A stretch of 64,000 nt of DNA from Chiloscyllium plagiosum (taxonomy: Eukaryota), in the NCBI RefSeq assembly GCF_004010195.1, contig NC_057718.1, positions 26,728,185-26,792,184 of the forward strand. Reading direction: 5' to 3'. The notes below the pieces were generated by a model that searched no databases, had not been told where the DNA came from, and worked only from the letters and a program-made list of their open reading frames with translations. Below are positions 49,193 to 61,583 of this stretch, one piece after another. How positions within the stretch are numbered: position 1 is the first letter of the stretch; every line of letters begins with the position of its first letter. The position numbers and the translations under genes are program-made.

Positions 49193-49759
49193 TGTTAGGC
49201 TCAAAAATGATATCTCCAAACCAGACTTTTAAAGGTTTATTGTTAAGGATAATTGAACATGGCAATAAGCAATTGAAAGGAAATCCATGAAAACCAGACT
49301 TAGTGGAAAGTAGATTGTTTTGTCTGGCAATGACCTTGCCTTGGGCTTAGGAACTGGCTGGATTTGTTTGTGACCACCAAGCACAGAGGAATGCCTGGAA
49401 AAGTACTCAGGAATAGTAACGCAGCACATGACATCAAATTCAGAATATTAATACTGGGGATTCTTCCCTGCTTGAAGGACCTTTCACCATGGGGATTTTC
49501 ACCATTGGACTGGAAGCATGACACCAAGGCCATGGGAACAGAGAAAGAGCTCCAAGGAGTCCCTGGCATGAGGATAAGGTAGTGAGATTCACTTGGTGAA
49601 TATGTCTAAAGTTGTTTGAGCTAGTAGATTCACTCATTAGTTTGTAGTCTGCATATATCTAAAGTAGAGTTAGCTAATAAGTTTGCTTTATATTGATGCA
49701 CGTGTCTTGTATATTTTGATCAAACCTTAAAGAACCTGTTAGGTACTTGCAGCCTAACA
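49193..49759. mobile_element. Possible LTR (567 bp)
   Basis: Perfect 9-bp inverted termini TGTTAGGCT...AGCCTAACA. No TSD visible. Confidence 0.45.
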
Positions 49760-51449
49760 AAACAGAGACTTTCTAGTAATAATAAACTTGACTTAATTAT
49801 CTACAGAGTACTACTAGCAGCTTAATAACAACAAGTATTAGCTAATTAGGATATTGCACCAAAAACTGCCTTAATATTAAGTTGCAAATACATTGTAAAA
49901 GTATTCTGGAAGTCAAATTTCCAAACTGGCTTGGAGAGATCCATGTTAGGCAGTATTAGCATTGGTTTAGAGAAGGATGCTGGTAAACATTGAACTATTT
50001 TATGCAAGCAATGTCTGAACTATGCAGTGCTCTACACCAACAAATACATCCTAAACCTAAATTCAGTAGGACTCCATTATCACAACACTATGAAGTTGTC
50101 CAATGTTGACACTCACTTTATTTTTGTTAAGAAAGCAAATTGGAATTACTCGTGTACTGCTGATCTGTAGGAAACCAGTTTGAGATTTCCCCAATTATTT
50201 CTCTTATTGACATTCATAAAAGACTTGCAAGCTCTGGTTTTATTTTGTAATGCAGAGGTATTTTGTTTAAGTGTACAGGCCCTTTTTATCATTCAACTAT
50301 GTGCACACAGCTTGAAGATGGTACTTTTCTGATTACCATGAGACTGCAGACCTTATAGGAATACAATCCCCCAGCTCATGACTTCAACGAAGATTCAAAA
50401 TCTAACTTTCAGAAGTGACAAGATAGTGCAAAACCCTCTAAACAGCCAATAAATCAGACACTCTGGTACTCTTCTTGGGTGTTCACACAGAGCAGATAAG
50501 CATGCATCAGCACCCTTTTTCATACCATGCCTGAGTTTTTTTTTCAACAGACTTAACGTATATCCATTTTGAACCAATGTTGAAGATGAATTACACTACC
50601 ACTCATTTTTATTTTGGTTCATTCACGTGATTTGACTGTGTTACTTGCAAGGCTAGCAACTGATGCCCATTCATAATTGCCCTTGAACTGAGTGATTTAC
50701 TAAGCTATCTCAGAGAAGAGTTTCTCTGTGAGCTCTAGGTATGTTATCTCATGCAATTCTCTGCTGTATACCATGTTATGCTTACTATAGTCCTATAATG
50801 CTATACTCACAATATTGTGTGCTCACTAACGGCTGAAGAATCCTTCTAGGATTCATGCGACAAGTGTCAAATCTAACACCTAGCTGTGCCAGGTCAAATG
50901 ATGAAACCTAGGAATAGGCCTTCATAGTACAGACAGTGGGAGATAATGCTTCTGAGGGTACACTGATATGGGTGACACTTCATGGAAATAAAATATCAAA
51001 ATCATAAATGTATTAACTCTTCCCATCATCAGTTGTCTGATTAACTATCAAAGTAACTATAAGAACGAAGCCAAAGAGCTATGGTGCTTAGCATCATACG
51101 ATGTTAGAAGCATGACTCAAGGAGTGCTATTCTTTCCCTAATGCCCAATATAGCATAACATCTTGTCAATGTTCAATAAGGGAGCATTATGTGCTGTAAA
51201 GCCTACAGAGAGTGGATAATGTTAACATTTATTAAACAGCAGGAAAAGCAAAGTAAATGAAAACAAAAATGCTACATTTGCTTTTGGAAATATCAGGGAA
51301 TGCTTGCCTTTTGAACAACAAATTTACAGTCAATGAATGATGACATTATCCAACCCACATCTATTGGAACCAGGTGTCAATTACATCCTGTGTGGTTTGT
51401 TGCATCGAATGCTGCACCGCTCTACCATACTGAAGGTGATGTGTCTCCT

Positions 51450-52450
51450 GTTCAATGTCCTCACCTTCCTCCTTGGAAGACTATTACTGCTCCCCACACT
51501 CATCAACGTCCATCACATCCCCACTTTGCATGTTCCAGTTGTGTGTAACACAGCACACAAGGTTTATGCAGCACACTACTTGTGCAGTGCAAACTGCCCT
51601 CCAGGCTGAAACAAGTACCAGAAAAGGTCTTGAGGAGATCTGTTGTCTGCTTCACAATAGTGTGGTGGAAGAATGGACTGTATTGTATTTATGCTCAGCT
51701 TCATTCAAGTGATTGCATAACAAAGTCATCAGCTATGGCTGCAGAGATTAGTCTGCGTCTCTTAGCAGCCATTCCTGTAAAGGTATCCCTTTAGTTGAAG
51801 CAGGAACCTGAGAGTTATCAAGGACAAAGGCAATATGGCAGCTTTAGGGGTATTAGATGCAGGCATCTAAGATGTGGTACTGGTGATCACAAATGACTTG
51901 TACAATTTCTGAAACATTTTCTATTAATGAAGTCATTATGATACAGTACTATCAATGAAATATGCGTTCAGTCTATACTGTCCTGCACCTGTGGGAAGCC
52001 AGCTATATTTGCATAGCCTGCTGCTCAGGCCTTGATACTGAGCTCATCATAGGGAAACATGATGAAGGGATATGGCACAAATTGTTTCTGTAACTGTTCT
52101 GATACATTTCTGGTTGAGGATTAAGAGATCCCACAAAGGCCCCCAGTGAATCCTTGGAAAAAGTCAATTGCAAAAAAGTTTAGCAGAGCTGTCACCATGA
52201 TGGCCAACAGGATAGGATTTGTAAGTCCTTTTTCTAGCAAATGGCATAGTTCTGAAAGTGTCCTGGGACATCATCAGTCTGCAACAGCAATACACATTGT
52301 TCATCTGAAAGTACACCTCAATCAAGTCACCCCTAAACCTTCTTTTCTCTAATGAAAACAGCCCCAAGTGTCTCAGTCTTTCCTCATGTCCTGGGACATC
52401 ATCAGTCTGCAACAGCAATACACATTGTTCATCTGAAAGAAACAGCAACA
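51450..52450 (-). mobile_element. PIF/Harbinger (HARBI1-like DDE) transposase relic, nearly full coding length
   Basis: Minus translation: ELCHLL, MVTALLNFFAIDFFQGFTGGLCGIS, IAGFPQVQDSID*THI, FINRKCF..VQVICDHQYHILDACI*YP*SCHIAFVLDNSQVP, WLLRDAD*SLQP*LMT, then an acidic tail. Confidence 0.85.
52259..52439. repeat. Exact 53-bp direct repeat (52259-52311, 52387-52439) flanking a 75-bp CR1 fragment
   Basis: tgtcctgggacatcatcagtctgcaacagcaatacacattgttcatctgaaag occurs twice. The insert's minus strand encodes EERLRHLGLFSLEKRRFRGDLIEV. Confidence 0.93.
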
Positions 52451-55400
52451 AAGACAACACATTCTAGGCCCCTGCACGTCCTCAATTCAGTTGCTTTTTA
52501 TGTGGAAGCTGTTCAGCAACTACTAAGGCTGCTGTTGCCCCAGGTCTTGTTGCTGCATTTGTTCCCCACAATTTCTTGGTAAGGGGATCATTCGCATTCA
52601 TGGCGCACAAAAATGACAGTTTAGCATTGTCCTTGATACATTTGGATATGGAGGACTCTGATAAGGAGAGCAAGAAATGATAGTGATTTTGATACAGCGG
52701 ACCTTCTTCTGATGTATGCAGCTCAAGCCATATTGTGCAAATACAGTTGTAGATTGTAATTGTGGTAGAAATACTGAAATTTATACCCACTTCCACATCA
52801 CCAAGATTGCAATGCACAAAACAGTATGTTGGCAAATACAGTTCAAACTGAGAGGAAATCTTTGTGCAGTGTATGAGACCTTGGATTGTGTTTGTGAATC
52901 ATGGTCTGTAGGTCGCTTGTGATTATGTCACAGATGGCTATGATCAAGTAGCAATGACCAATGACATGGTCAGAACTGGATGTGGCCAGAATTGTATTTC
53001 ACACAATTGGTCAGTGCATGCATTTCACATGTGAATCCTATGTTAATAGATATCATAAACCCATATTGTATATGTGCCTAATTAATGTAGTTGCTCCTTG
53101 AAGGGCCTCACATTACTGACAAGTGAAGACACATCTTTAGACAAAACACTTACTCCACCTACTCCAGATGTGGTGGCAGCCACTATTCATTTCCAGTGTG
53201 TGTTTGCAATTCCAATGAGGGTGAAAGGCAACAGTGATCACACTTAGCAGTGCGAGTCGCCTGCTCAACCTGTTATTTTAGGTGACATACCAAAGCTTTC
53301 TTCCTTGCACTCCTTGTTGATCCTATCAGTCTGACTTTTCACAATTTCCAACCAACTCTTTAAATATTCATTTCACCACATGACCTCCTCAGATCTAGGC
53401 TTATAGCTAATTGCCAACTACCTTGATCCACTTCTACACTTCGAAGCCAGGATAGTGGTGACTGTCAAAGACCCTCCCCCTTTGCCTCTAACATACTATC
53501 ATCTCACAACCTTATATGTTGAAATGCCCCACTCATAATTATTGTCCCCTCTGCATCCCAGCATGTCATCTCCAATTCCTACAATTGATTTCCTCAATTT
53601 GCCCATCACAGGAGTGGCCCCTTATGACCCTTCCTTGACTTTCATTGAGCTGCCCTCTGGATTGACCATGGCCCAACACCCTGACCAACTTGAAACAACA
53701 GCCACAACTAATGACTGTCCGGAGTCCTGACTGATAGCTGCGCAGCTCCCCAACTGATTTACCTAATCTCTGGTCAGGTTCCACTGGACACGCAGGACTG
53801 ACCACATTCTAACTCTTGGGCTGTAATGATATGGAACCTCTGACCCTGACTGCCCCAATAGGCTGACACACAAGCTGCTGATACATGCTGTAGATGTAAC
53901 AGTGGCAAGGTAAGATAAATGCACTAGGGCTGTATATTCTGAATTAGAAGACAATACATAAAATGTCAAGGCTATATAAGGCAGAAATGCACTCAAATAT
54001 GTGCAAAGTGAGTGCGCATTATGACAGTAAATTAAAAGCCCTTGGGATATATCCTGTTCAACTGCATGGGATGGATGCCTTTCCTTAAACACGAAGTGGC
54101 TTGACAGCAGCATTGCATTGAAAAACATCAGTGTTCTCCAAAGTACAATACTGAGAAGGTGCACTGTCTTAACGGTGTGTCTTAGATGTGCCACGATCAT
54201 GTGATGATTTTTGTGTCTCCGATGCCAACCTCTGTGGATAAAGGATACAGGTGGTCACTGCCCATGCAGTGTCCCCTGATATGTTGAGGAATGCCGGTCA
54301 CAATGTAGGCCTGGAGGATCAAGCAGTCCACTGGAACCACCCAGGTACCTTCTCAAAATTTCAGGTCGAGAATTGTCATTGTCTAGTTTCTCTCCACTGC
54401 CCGGTAAAATAACAAAGTGCTTAATGACTGAGCTGAGATTAGGAAACAATGAAATATTAATGCATGCAGATAGAACTCTCACCGTAAAAACTCGGGTGGT
54501 TGATTGGACTTTTGTTCTTGACATCAAGCATCTCATTTTTCTGATCTTGCCATATTTTCCCAACTGACTCAACAAGGCTAGGAAGATTCCATCCAGAGTA
54601 AGCTTAGTTAAAAGATTCCACTTTTTATAGAATAAATTAAACAATGGTAATCTAAAACCAATCATTATTTTACTGCCCTCTTCTATGGAAATTTACAAAA
54701 ATAACACTTGTTCAGCAAAAGAAATATTCAGTAATGTCAATTTGGACTCCAACAAAATGTTATCAGCTTCTTTAAAACTGTAAATCGCTCTGAGCTGTCA
54801 TTTCAAAATTAATTGAACCAGTTCACTGCATAAGTTTAGGACCAACAGTTCCGCAGATTTTAGAATATAAAATACTTAGAAAATAATACCATATTTTGTG
54901 GAGCATACATTCTATAGCTGCACATGTGCAAATTATTTAATTTCTTGTACTTCAGATACAATTTGAAAACATAAAATCTTCATGTAGGAGGCTAGAAATT
55001 AAATTATTTTCACTCCACACTTGCAAAAATTTTAATCAGATTTTTATTCAGATTTCAGCATCCACATTTCTTTGTTCTATTTTCATGTTTGTAGCATCTG
55101 AAAAGAAAAGTGAAAATGTTGGAGCCCCTTCAGCAATTAATTATGAAGAACATTATTACTCACACGGTGTTACTTCAGCCTTCCTTCAACTCACATCACT
55201 GATAGATACAAGTTACTTCAGCTATTGTGCTATAAAGGTGGTTCCTACTTTCATCTTTATTACTTTGGCACTGTAAATTCTATAGTATTGCAAAAAGATT
55301 AACAATCACTAAAACCACTTTGAAGTTACTTTGCATTCATCCTGATGCAGATTGTGAAATAGTGTAGCGTAGCCATCAATCTTTACTAAGAGGTAGCAGC

Positions 55401-55486
55401 AATAATTGAGACAGGAGAGTGTTCCTCGTAATTAATTACTGAAGATTCTCCAATGTTTTCACTTTTCCTTTCAGATGCCACAAACA

Positions 55487-55680
55487 TGAAAATAGAACAA
55501 AGAACTGTGGAGATGCTGAAATCTGAAACAAAAGTGGAAATTGCTGGAGAAACTCAGCAGGTCTGGCAGCATTTGTGGAGAGAAAGCAAAGTTAATACTT
55601 TGTGTCCAATGATCCAATTTCTGAAGAACAGTCATTGGACTTGAAGCATTATCTCTGCCTTCTCTACACAAATGTTGCAA
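55487..55680. mobile_element. Family B palindromic Penelope-derived element
   Basis: Left arm gctggagaaactcagcaggtctggcagcatttgtggagagaaagc; centre ttctgaagaacagtcattggacttgaagc; partial inverted right arm. Confidence 0.7.
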
Positions 55681-55851
55681 AAACACACCACCTTAACTAA
55701 TTAAACCAAATACACCATAACAGTTAAAAAATTCTGGCCCAGAGGGGCAGTCTAAGAACAACAAAAATAGGGAAATATAGGAAGGGAGTGAGGAAACTAA
55801 ATTAAAATGGAGTTGGAGGGGTGAGATAATGCACCCCAGCCCAAATGGTGC

Positions 55852-55884
55852 TTCCTGATGAAGGGCTTTGCCCGAAACGTCGAT
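55852..55884 (+). ncRNA. Minimal type I hammerhead ribozyme motif, intact core
   Basis: TC-CTGATGA-A-GGGC-TTT-GCCC-GAAAC-GTC-GA: both conserved boxes, stem II, palindromic ACGT in place of stem III and a GUC cleavage triplet. Stem I is only 2 bp. Activity untested. Confidence 0.7.
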
Positions 55885-55979
55885 TTTCCTGCTCCTCAGA
55901 TGCTGCCTGACTTGCTGTGCTTTTCCAGCACCACTCTGATCTAAACTCTGGTTTCCAGCATCTGTAGTCCTCATTTTTA
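55852..55979 (+). mobile_element. 128-bp Penelope-derived insertion (family A) with 11-bp TSD
   Basis: CCAAATGGTGC at 55841-55851 and 55980-55990. Confidence 0.88.
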
Positions 55980-56484
55980 CCAAATGGTGCCCATCCCTCT
56001 CTAAATACCTTGAGGATGCTGGTGGACACAGTGTGCTTTTTCTGTAAGAGCACCCTGGCATGAACATAAGCATAAAAGAGTGGCAGTTAGGAACTGAAAA
56101 CCCCTCATGGCCTGCTGCCTGGACCTGTGGATGGCTACCTTTGCCAGGCAAGAAAAAGGCTGCTTTTTCTCTCCAGAGATTTTTTTAATGTACCTCTGGT
56201 AGTTTGTTGATTGGAAAAAAATTCAATGTTTCTAATTAAATAAAAAATTATAAACACTGCCCATCGGGGCAGTGAACAACTAAAATGAGGAAAGGTAGAG
56301 AGAGAGAGGGGAGAATCCAGGTCTTAAATATTATTAATTAGCCTAGTCAGGGATGTTATAACACACCTTTGCAGCAGATGGGATTGAACCCGGGCCTACA
56401 AAGTCCAAAGATTATCACCTGCTCTCAGTCCTCTGCGAAGTTGTTCTGTTTCATCTTTAAAAGGATCACATTTCTGACATTGAC

Positions 56485-56800
56485 ATAACTCACCTCTTGT
56501 CTCCCCACTGCCTGCCTAATATCTACAAGACACAAGTTAAGAGTGTGATGGAATATGCTGAACTTTCCTAAATGAATACAGCTCCAACAAGAAGATACAC
56601 TCAAGAAGATAGATTCAGGACAATGCAGCATGTTTGACTGGCACCATAATAACCACCTTCAATACTCATAACTTTTATCATTGACACACAGTGGCAATAA
56701 TGTGCAGCTTCTTCAAGAGGTATTGTAGCAACTCATCGCAGATCTTTCAACAGCACCTTCAAACTCCACAACCTCTACCACTTGAAATGACATTGGCAGT
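56485..56800 (+). mobile_element. Fragment of the tRNA-headed LINE family (RT C-terminal part)
   Basis: atctacaagacacaagttaagagtgtgatggaatat (IYKTQVKSVMEY). The end caacagcaccttcaaactccacaacctctaccac overlaps the start of 19338-19616. Confidence 0.65.
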
Positions 56801-57691
56801 GGAGCCTATATTCAATCCTTCCAGTGTAGAAGTGGTGTCCAACCCTAGTAAAACAGCATCCTGACTATTCTAACATCCCAGCTACCACTGATCATTGGCA
56901 GAACCCTCAAATCTCAATACTTCAATGATGCTCAGGTTGAAGTCACAAAAGCTCAGCTTGCTGCCATGAACTGAATTGATTCATTTATTGTCATGGACAT
57001 TCAATATAATAAACAGTGAAAACCATGTACCGTTGTCACTCACATTAACTTAGAATAAAATAATTTTTAAAAGTAAGTTGAAAAGAGTCCAACTTTTATG
57101 CTCCATTGCTACAGACTGTTCTGGGCTTCCCAGCCCAAGTCATGCCACCACCAGAGACAAGCTCCAAATTCCCAAACTCAAGCCATGCAGCTGACAGAGT
57201 ACCCACTCCCAGCTTCCCAGCCCATGCCATGCTGCTACTAGGGTCTCACTCCATGCTAAAGTTCCAGGCTTCATAGGCTGACCAACCAACTCTGTAGCCA
57301 TGCTGTCTCTGAAGATGCTTCAATAACTTGGTGTCCATTGAAGCCGCATTCCCACTGAACAGATGTCTTCATTAGTTAAATCTGAGCAAAAAAGGGGAAG
57401 AAGGACAAAGAAAAAGAAAAAAGAAGCGACAAGCCCGGGCACAGGAGCTTGGATGCTGCCTTCTCCACTACTATCATCTTGTGAAAAAAATGAATGCCAT
57501 GAATGCTCAGACTGCTACCATCATGGCTGCACATACCAGTGTTCAAGTGCGTTTGCATTATTTCACAGTAGTCCCGCAATTTGTGCTCTACAGCTATTCT
57601 ACAGTAGTTTCAGTGGCTCCCTAATGCCTGAACCTGCTCTCCTCTCTCAGGAACACACAATGAGTCAGAATACAGGAAAGAGATAGAGTCC

Positions 57692-58465
57692 TTGGTGTCA
57701 TGGTGCAATTAATAACAACCTCCCTCTCAATGGTGGCAAAACAAAGAAATGATCATTGTGTACAGGATGAAAGGAGGAAGACATGCCCCTATCTACGTCA
57801 ACGGAGCTGAGATGGAGCGGGTCAAAAGCAACAAGTTCCAAGGAGTAACAATAACCGACAATCTGTCCTGGACTTCCCTCGCGGGTGCAATGGTCAAGAT
57901 GGCACAACAATGCCTCTTCTTCCTCAGCTGGCTCAGGAAATTTGGCATGTCCATAAGGACTCTCAACAACCTTTACAGATGCACCACAGAAGGGTGCAGA
58001 AGGCCTGGTACGGTAACCGCTCTGCCCAGGACCGTAAGAAAGTACAGAAAGTTGTGTGCACAACCCAGAGCATCATGGAAGCCAACCTCCCATCCGTGGA
58101 CTCCATTTATACTTCTCATTGTCACGGAAAGATTGCCAACATCATCAAAGAATCCATCCGACCCTGTTGGTGCTCTCTTTCAACCTTTCCCATTAGGCAG
58201 AAGATACAGAGCTTGAACGCATGCACCAATAGGTTCAAAAAATGCTTCTTCCCTGCTGTTATTGGACTGCTGAATGTACTTTTCTAACTTCAAATAATGA
58301 TGATCTTGTTTTGTGCACCTCCAAGGCAGTCGTAACCTTCTATGCCTCGTGCTGTCTAATGATCTGTATCCCCTTGTTTGCTACGATCAGCCCATACTGC
58401 TTGCAAAACAAAGCTTTTCACTGTACTTAGGTACTTGTAACTACAATAAATCAAATGAACAAATC
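57692..58465 (+). mobile_element. Rex1/Babar LINE, RT C-terminus and 3' UTR
   Basis: HAPIYVNGAEMERVKSNKFQGVTITDNLSW...AQQCLFFLSWLRKFGMS.RTLNNLYRCT; AWYGNRSAQDRKKVQKVV; TNRFKKCFFP. Confidence 0.88.
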
Positions 58466-60214
58466 ATACCAGTGTCAGTATCCTTACTATTGCCTGTCGT
58501 CTGCTGGCCAGCCTAAACTGCTGCTACTCATGTCAAGATGGTGTAGCACAATGAAGGGTCTTTGAAAGGTTAGTGCTGCCTGAAGCTGTGCTACCAAACT
58601 TTCTGCATTCTCCTCCAATAAATGAACATGTTGTAGCCTCAGGGGTAGCACTGCAGAGAAAAACTAGGCCAGGAAAAAGACACATAGAACACAGGTACAA
58701 CCGGAATGCTCACGGTGAGTAATTGATGATTTATGAAACATAGAATGGGTTTATCTGATTAAGTTATTTGCAATGCTTGTTTAGTGGTAACATTTTACCC
58801 ATGTTGTGGCCAAGATGATGCAATAATAGTTGACAACAGGGGATTGATATGAAAGGAGGAATTGGGGCTATATTCGTTTGAATTGGACAAGGTGATCAAA
58901 GCCACCCCAGGCAGAAAGGGAATGTTTTGGTTGTTTCCTTCCACATTTTCTTCTCCTTTTTTTCTCCTCAGCTGCTCGAAATATACCTAGATCTGTACCT
59001 TCATTCCATCAGTTGTGCAAGGTGTGGTAAACCAAAATGACACATGTTCTACAGGGCACTTCCAGAGAAGTCCAGGTAGCAAAAAGATCTCACTTAAGTA
59101 ACTCCAATGGTCTACTTAATGATATCTCACGTGAAAGCATGGATCTCATTATATATATACCAATTGCGCTAAATATTCATTACCTAGATATTCAAAAATA
59201 GCCCTTGTCTGTTGATATCAATTTCTAATTTCCCATGATGACTCATCTGTTGCTAATACAAAAGACTAGAATAAAGGCATCATATTGGATAGCAAGAATT
59301 TCTACAAATACCTAAAAAAGAAGAAAGAAAGGAAAGTGAGTGTTAGTACTCTGTTTTACTGCATTACACCGCTGACTGAAGCCTTGGTGTTTCTGATAGC
59401 AGCAGAATAAGATTTGAAGCTCAAAGGAACTGTAGTCTACCCTCTAATCTAAACATTTGCTGACCCCCTCACCAATGTCTCCCTTCTGGCTCCTTGACGT
59501 GATCTCATTGCCTTCGTGAAGCATGAACTTCAACTTCATTACTGCACACTGATGCGTGTTCACAAACATAGCATCTTGAAAATTTTTGTCCATTTGTTCA
59601 AGCCTTTGCCCCGACACAGCAATTGAGAGGCTGGTTTCTTAGATATAAAGGGTTTTTTTTCATTTACATAACTCATCAACACCTCCAACTTTCACCACCA
59701 CCAACACCTCCATGCTTGATGGGCAAATTACAATAAAATCCATAGGTCAAGTTATGCTCTCATCAAGTAGGCCACTGGTATCCTGATGCAACAACAACTC
59801 TACAACTTAGACAGATCCGGTACCTTCTACAATAAGCATTCTGAAACATAATGGTTTGCAATAGTATGCTGCATAACTTTGCTCTGAAATCGAAACAACA
59901 CATTAAGTCTCTATTGTTACAGGCAAAAAGGGAGAAGTGCATTGTGGTCCTACAACAAAAATAAAAATATTTTTCTCCTTGCTTGACTGCAATGTGCCAA
60001 TGACAAGAGTGAGAACCCATGTAAGCAGAAGTTGTCCTCTCTACACATGCTACAAGAAGGTTGTTTTTTGATGGTAGCAAATTACAATTAAGGGCTTTCA
60101 ACGTGGCAAGTATGACTGGTAGGCCAGAGGATTGGGAATATATTAGAAACTAGCAGGGCTTAATTAACTAAAATAAGAGGGAGAAACCAAATTATGAGAG
60201 GACAGGTCATGAAG

Positions 60215-60728
60215 TCTTAGAGTCTAATAAATATATAGCATGGAAACAGGCCCTTCAGTCGACTCGTCCATGCCAATTAATCTAGTTCCATTTGCCAGCA
60301 CTCGGCCCATATCTCTCTAAACCCTTCTTATTCTTATACCCATCCAGATGCCTTTTAAATGTTTTAATTGTATTAGCCTCCACTAGTTCCTCTGGCTCAT
60401 TCCAGACATGCACCACCCTCTGCATGGAAAAAGTTGCCCTTTAGGTCCCTTTTAAATCTTTCCCCTCACACCTTAAACCTATGCCCTCTAGTTCTGGACT
60501 CACCCACCCCAGGGAAAAGATCATGTCTATTTACCCTATCCACGCCCCTCATGATTTTATAAACTCTATAAGGTCACCCCTCAGTCTTTGACTCTACAGG
60601 GAAAACAGCACCATCCTATTCACCCTCTCCCTATAGGTCAAACCCTCCAACTCTGACAACATCCTTGTACATCTTTTCCGAACCCTTTCCAGTTTCACAA
60701 CATCCTTACTATAGGAGGGAGACCAGAG
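60215..60728 (-). mobile_element. CR1/HER1 3' end, inserted in an older plus-strand CR1 fragment (60100-60830)
   Basis: Reverse complement of the 5570-6104 type sequence (gcatggaaacaggcccttcagtc...aggtcacccctcagtc...ccagtttcacaacatcc). Confidence 0.9.
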
Positions 60729-61023
60729 TAAGAAAGATAAAAATAGGCCTCCAGAAGTATATAAAAGAAGTGGAATTTAAGTAAATGTTAGATGTTTCGA
60801 GGATGACACTGCAGAATTAATAATAAGGAAGTATATCAGACTGTTCCAATAATAGAAAAGTGAATTCCCTGAGGCTTTCAGCCTCAATCTCTATGATTCG
60901 GTCCCAAATATTGAGGTCCTCTTCCTAATAGCCCATCCCATGAATGCTGTAGGCATCCCATCTTCCCTGGTGCCCACCCAAATAGTCTACCTGAGCCTGT
61001 GCCTGCCTAGTATATGAGATGAG

Positions 61024-61238
61024 AGAAAGTGAGGGCTGCAGATGCTGGAGATCAGAGCTGAAAATGTGTTGCTGGAAAAGCGCAGCAGGTCAGGCAGCAT
61101 CCAAGGAACAGGAGAATCGACGTTTCTGGCATAAGCCCTTCTTCAGGAACTAAAGAAGGGCTTATGCCCGAAACGTCGATTCTCCTGTTCCTTGGATGCT
61201 GCCTGACCTGCTGCGCTTTTCCAGCAACACATTTTCAG
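61024..61238. mobile_element. Near-perfect palindromic Penelope-derived element (family A) with 17-bp TSD
   Basis: Arms 61056-61143 and 61153-61240 (88 bp, one mismatch, 9-nt loop). CTAGTATATGAGATGAG at 61007-61023 and 61239-61255. Confidence 0.92.
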
Positions 61239-61583
61239 CTAGTATATGAGATGAGCATGTCACGTGTGGTTGTACACTGCACTTCTACCTTGAATTCAGA
61301 TGTTTCTGCCAATGAGAAAACCATATACCCACACTCACCCAGTCTCGCCTCATTGTCCTGTTTCCACCTATGCTTTATTGTATTCCCACCAGACAACTGT
61401 CATGTCTCCATCTCGATAGTACTCAATTCCATAGTTACCAGAGTCTCCTTCCTGCAGCAGGGACTCCCCTTTCCCCTCACACCTTCCACCCCCCCCCCCC
61501 CCACCACACACCACCTCTGATCCCATCCTGTTTAGTTTCTGTGGACAGACTGGAACTACTGAACCTGACCCATCTCCTTGCAT

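Noticed and set aside
59763..60101. Possible upstream CLIP4 ankyrin exon (HIA motif in ORF)
   Set aside because: The context WHIAVKQ lacks the expected GTALHIAA...GANP pattern. The upstream exon probably lies beyond the window or was not recognised.
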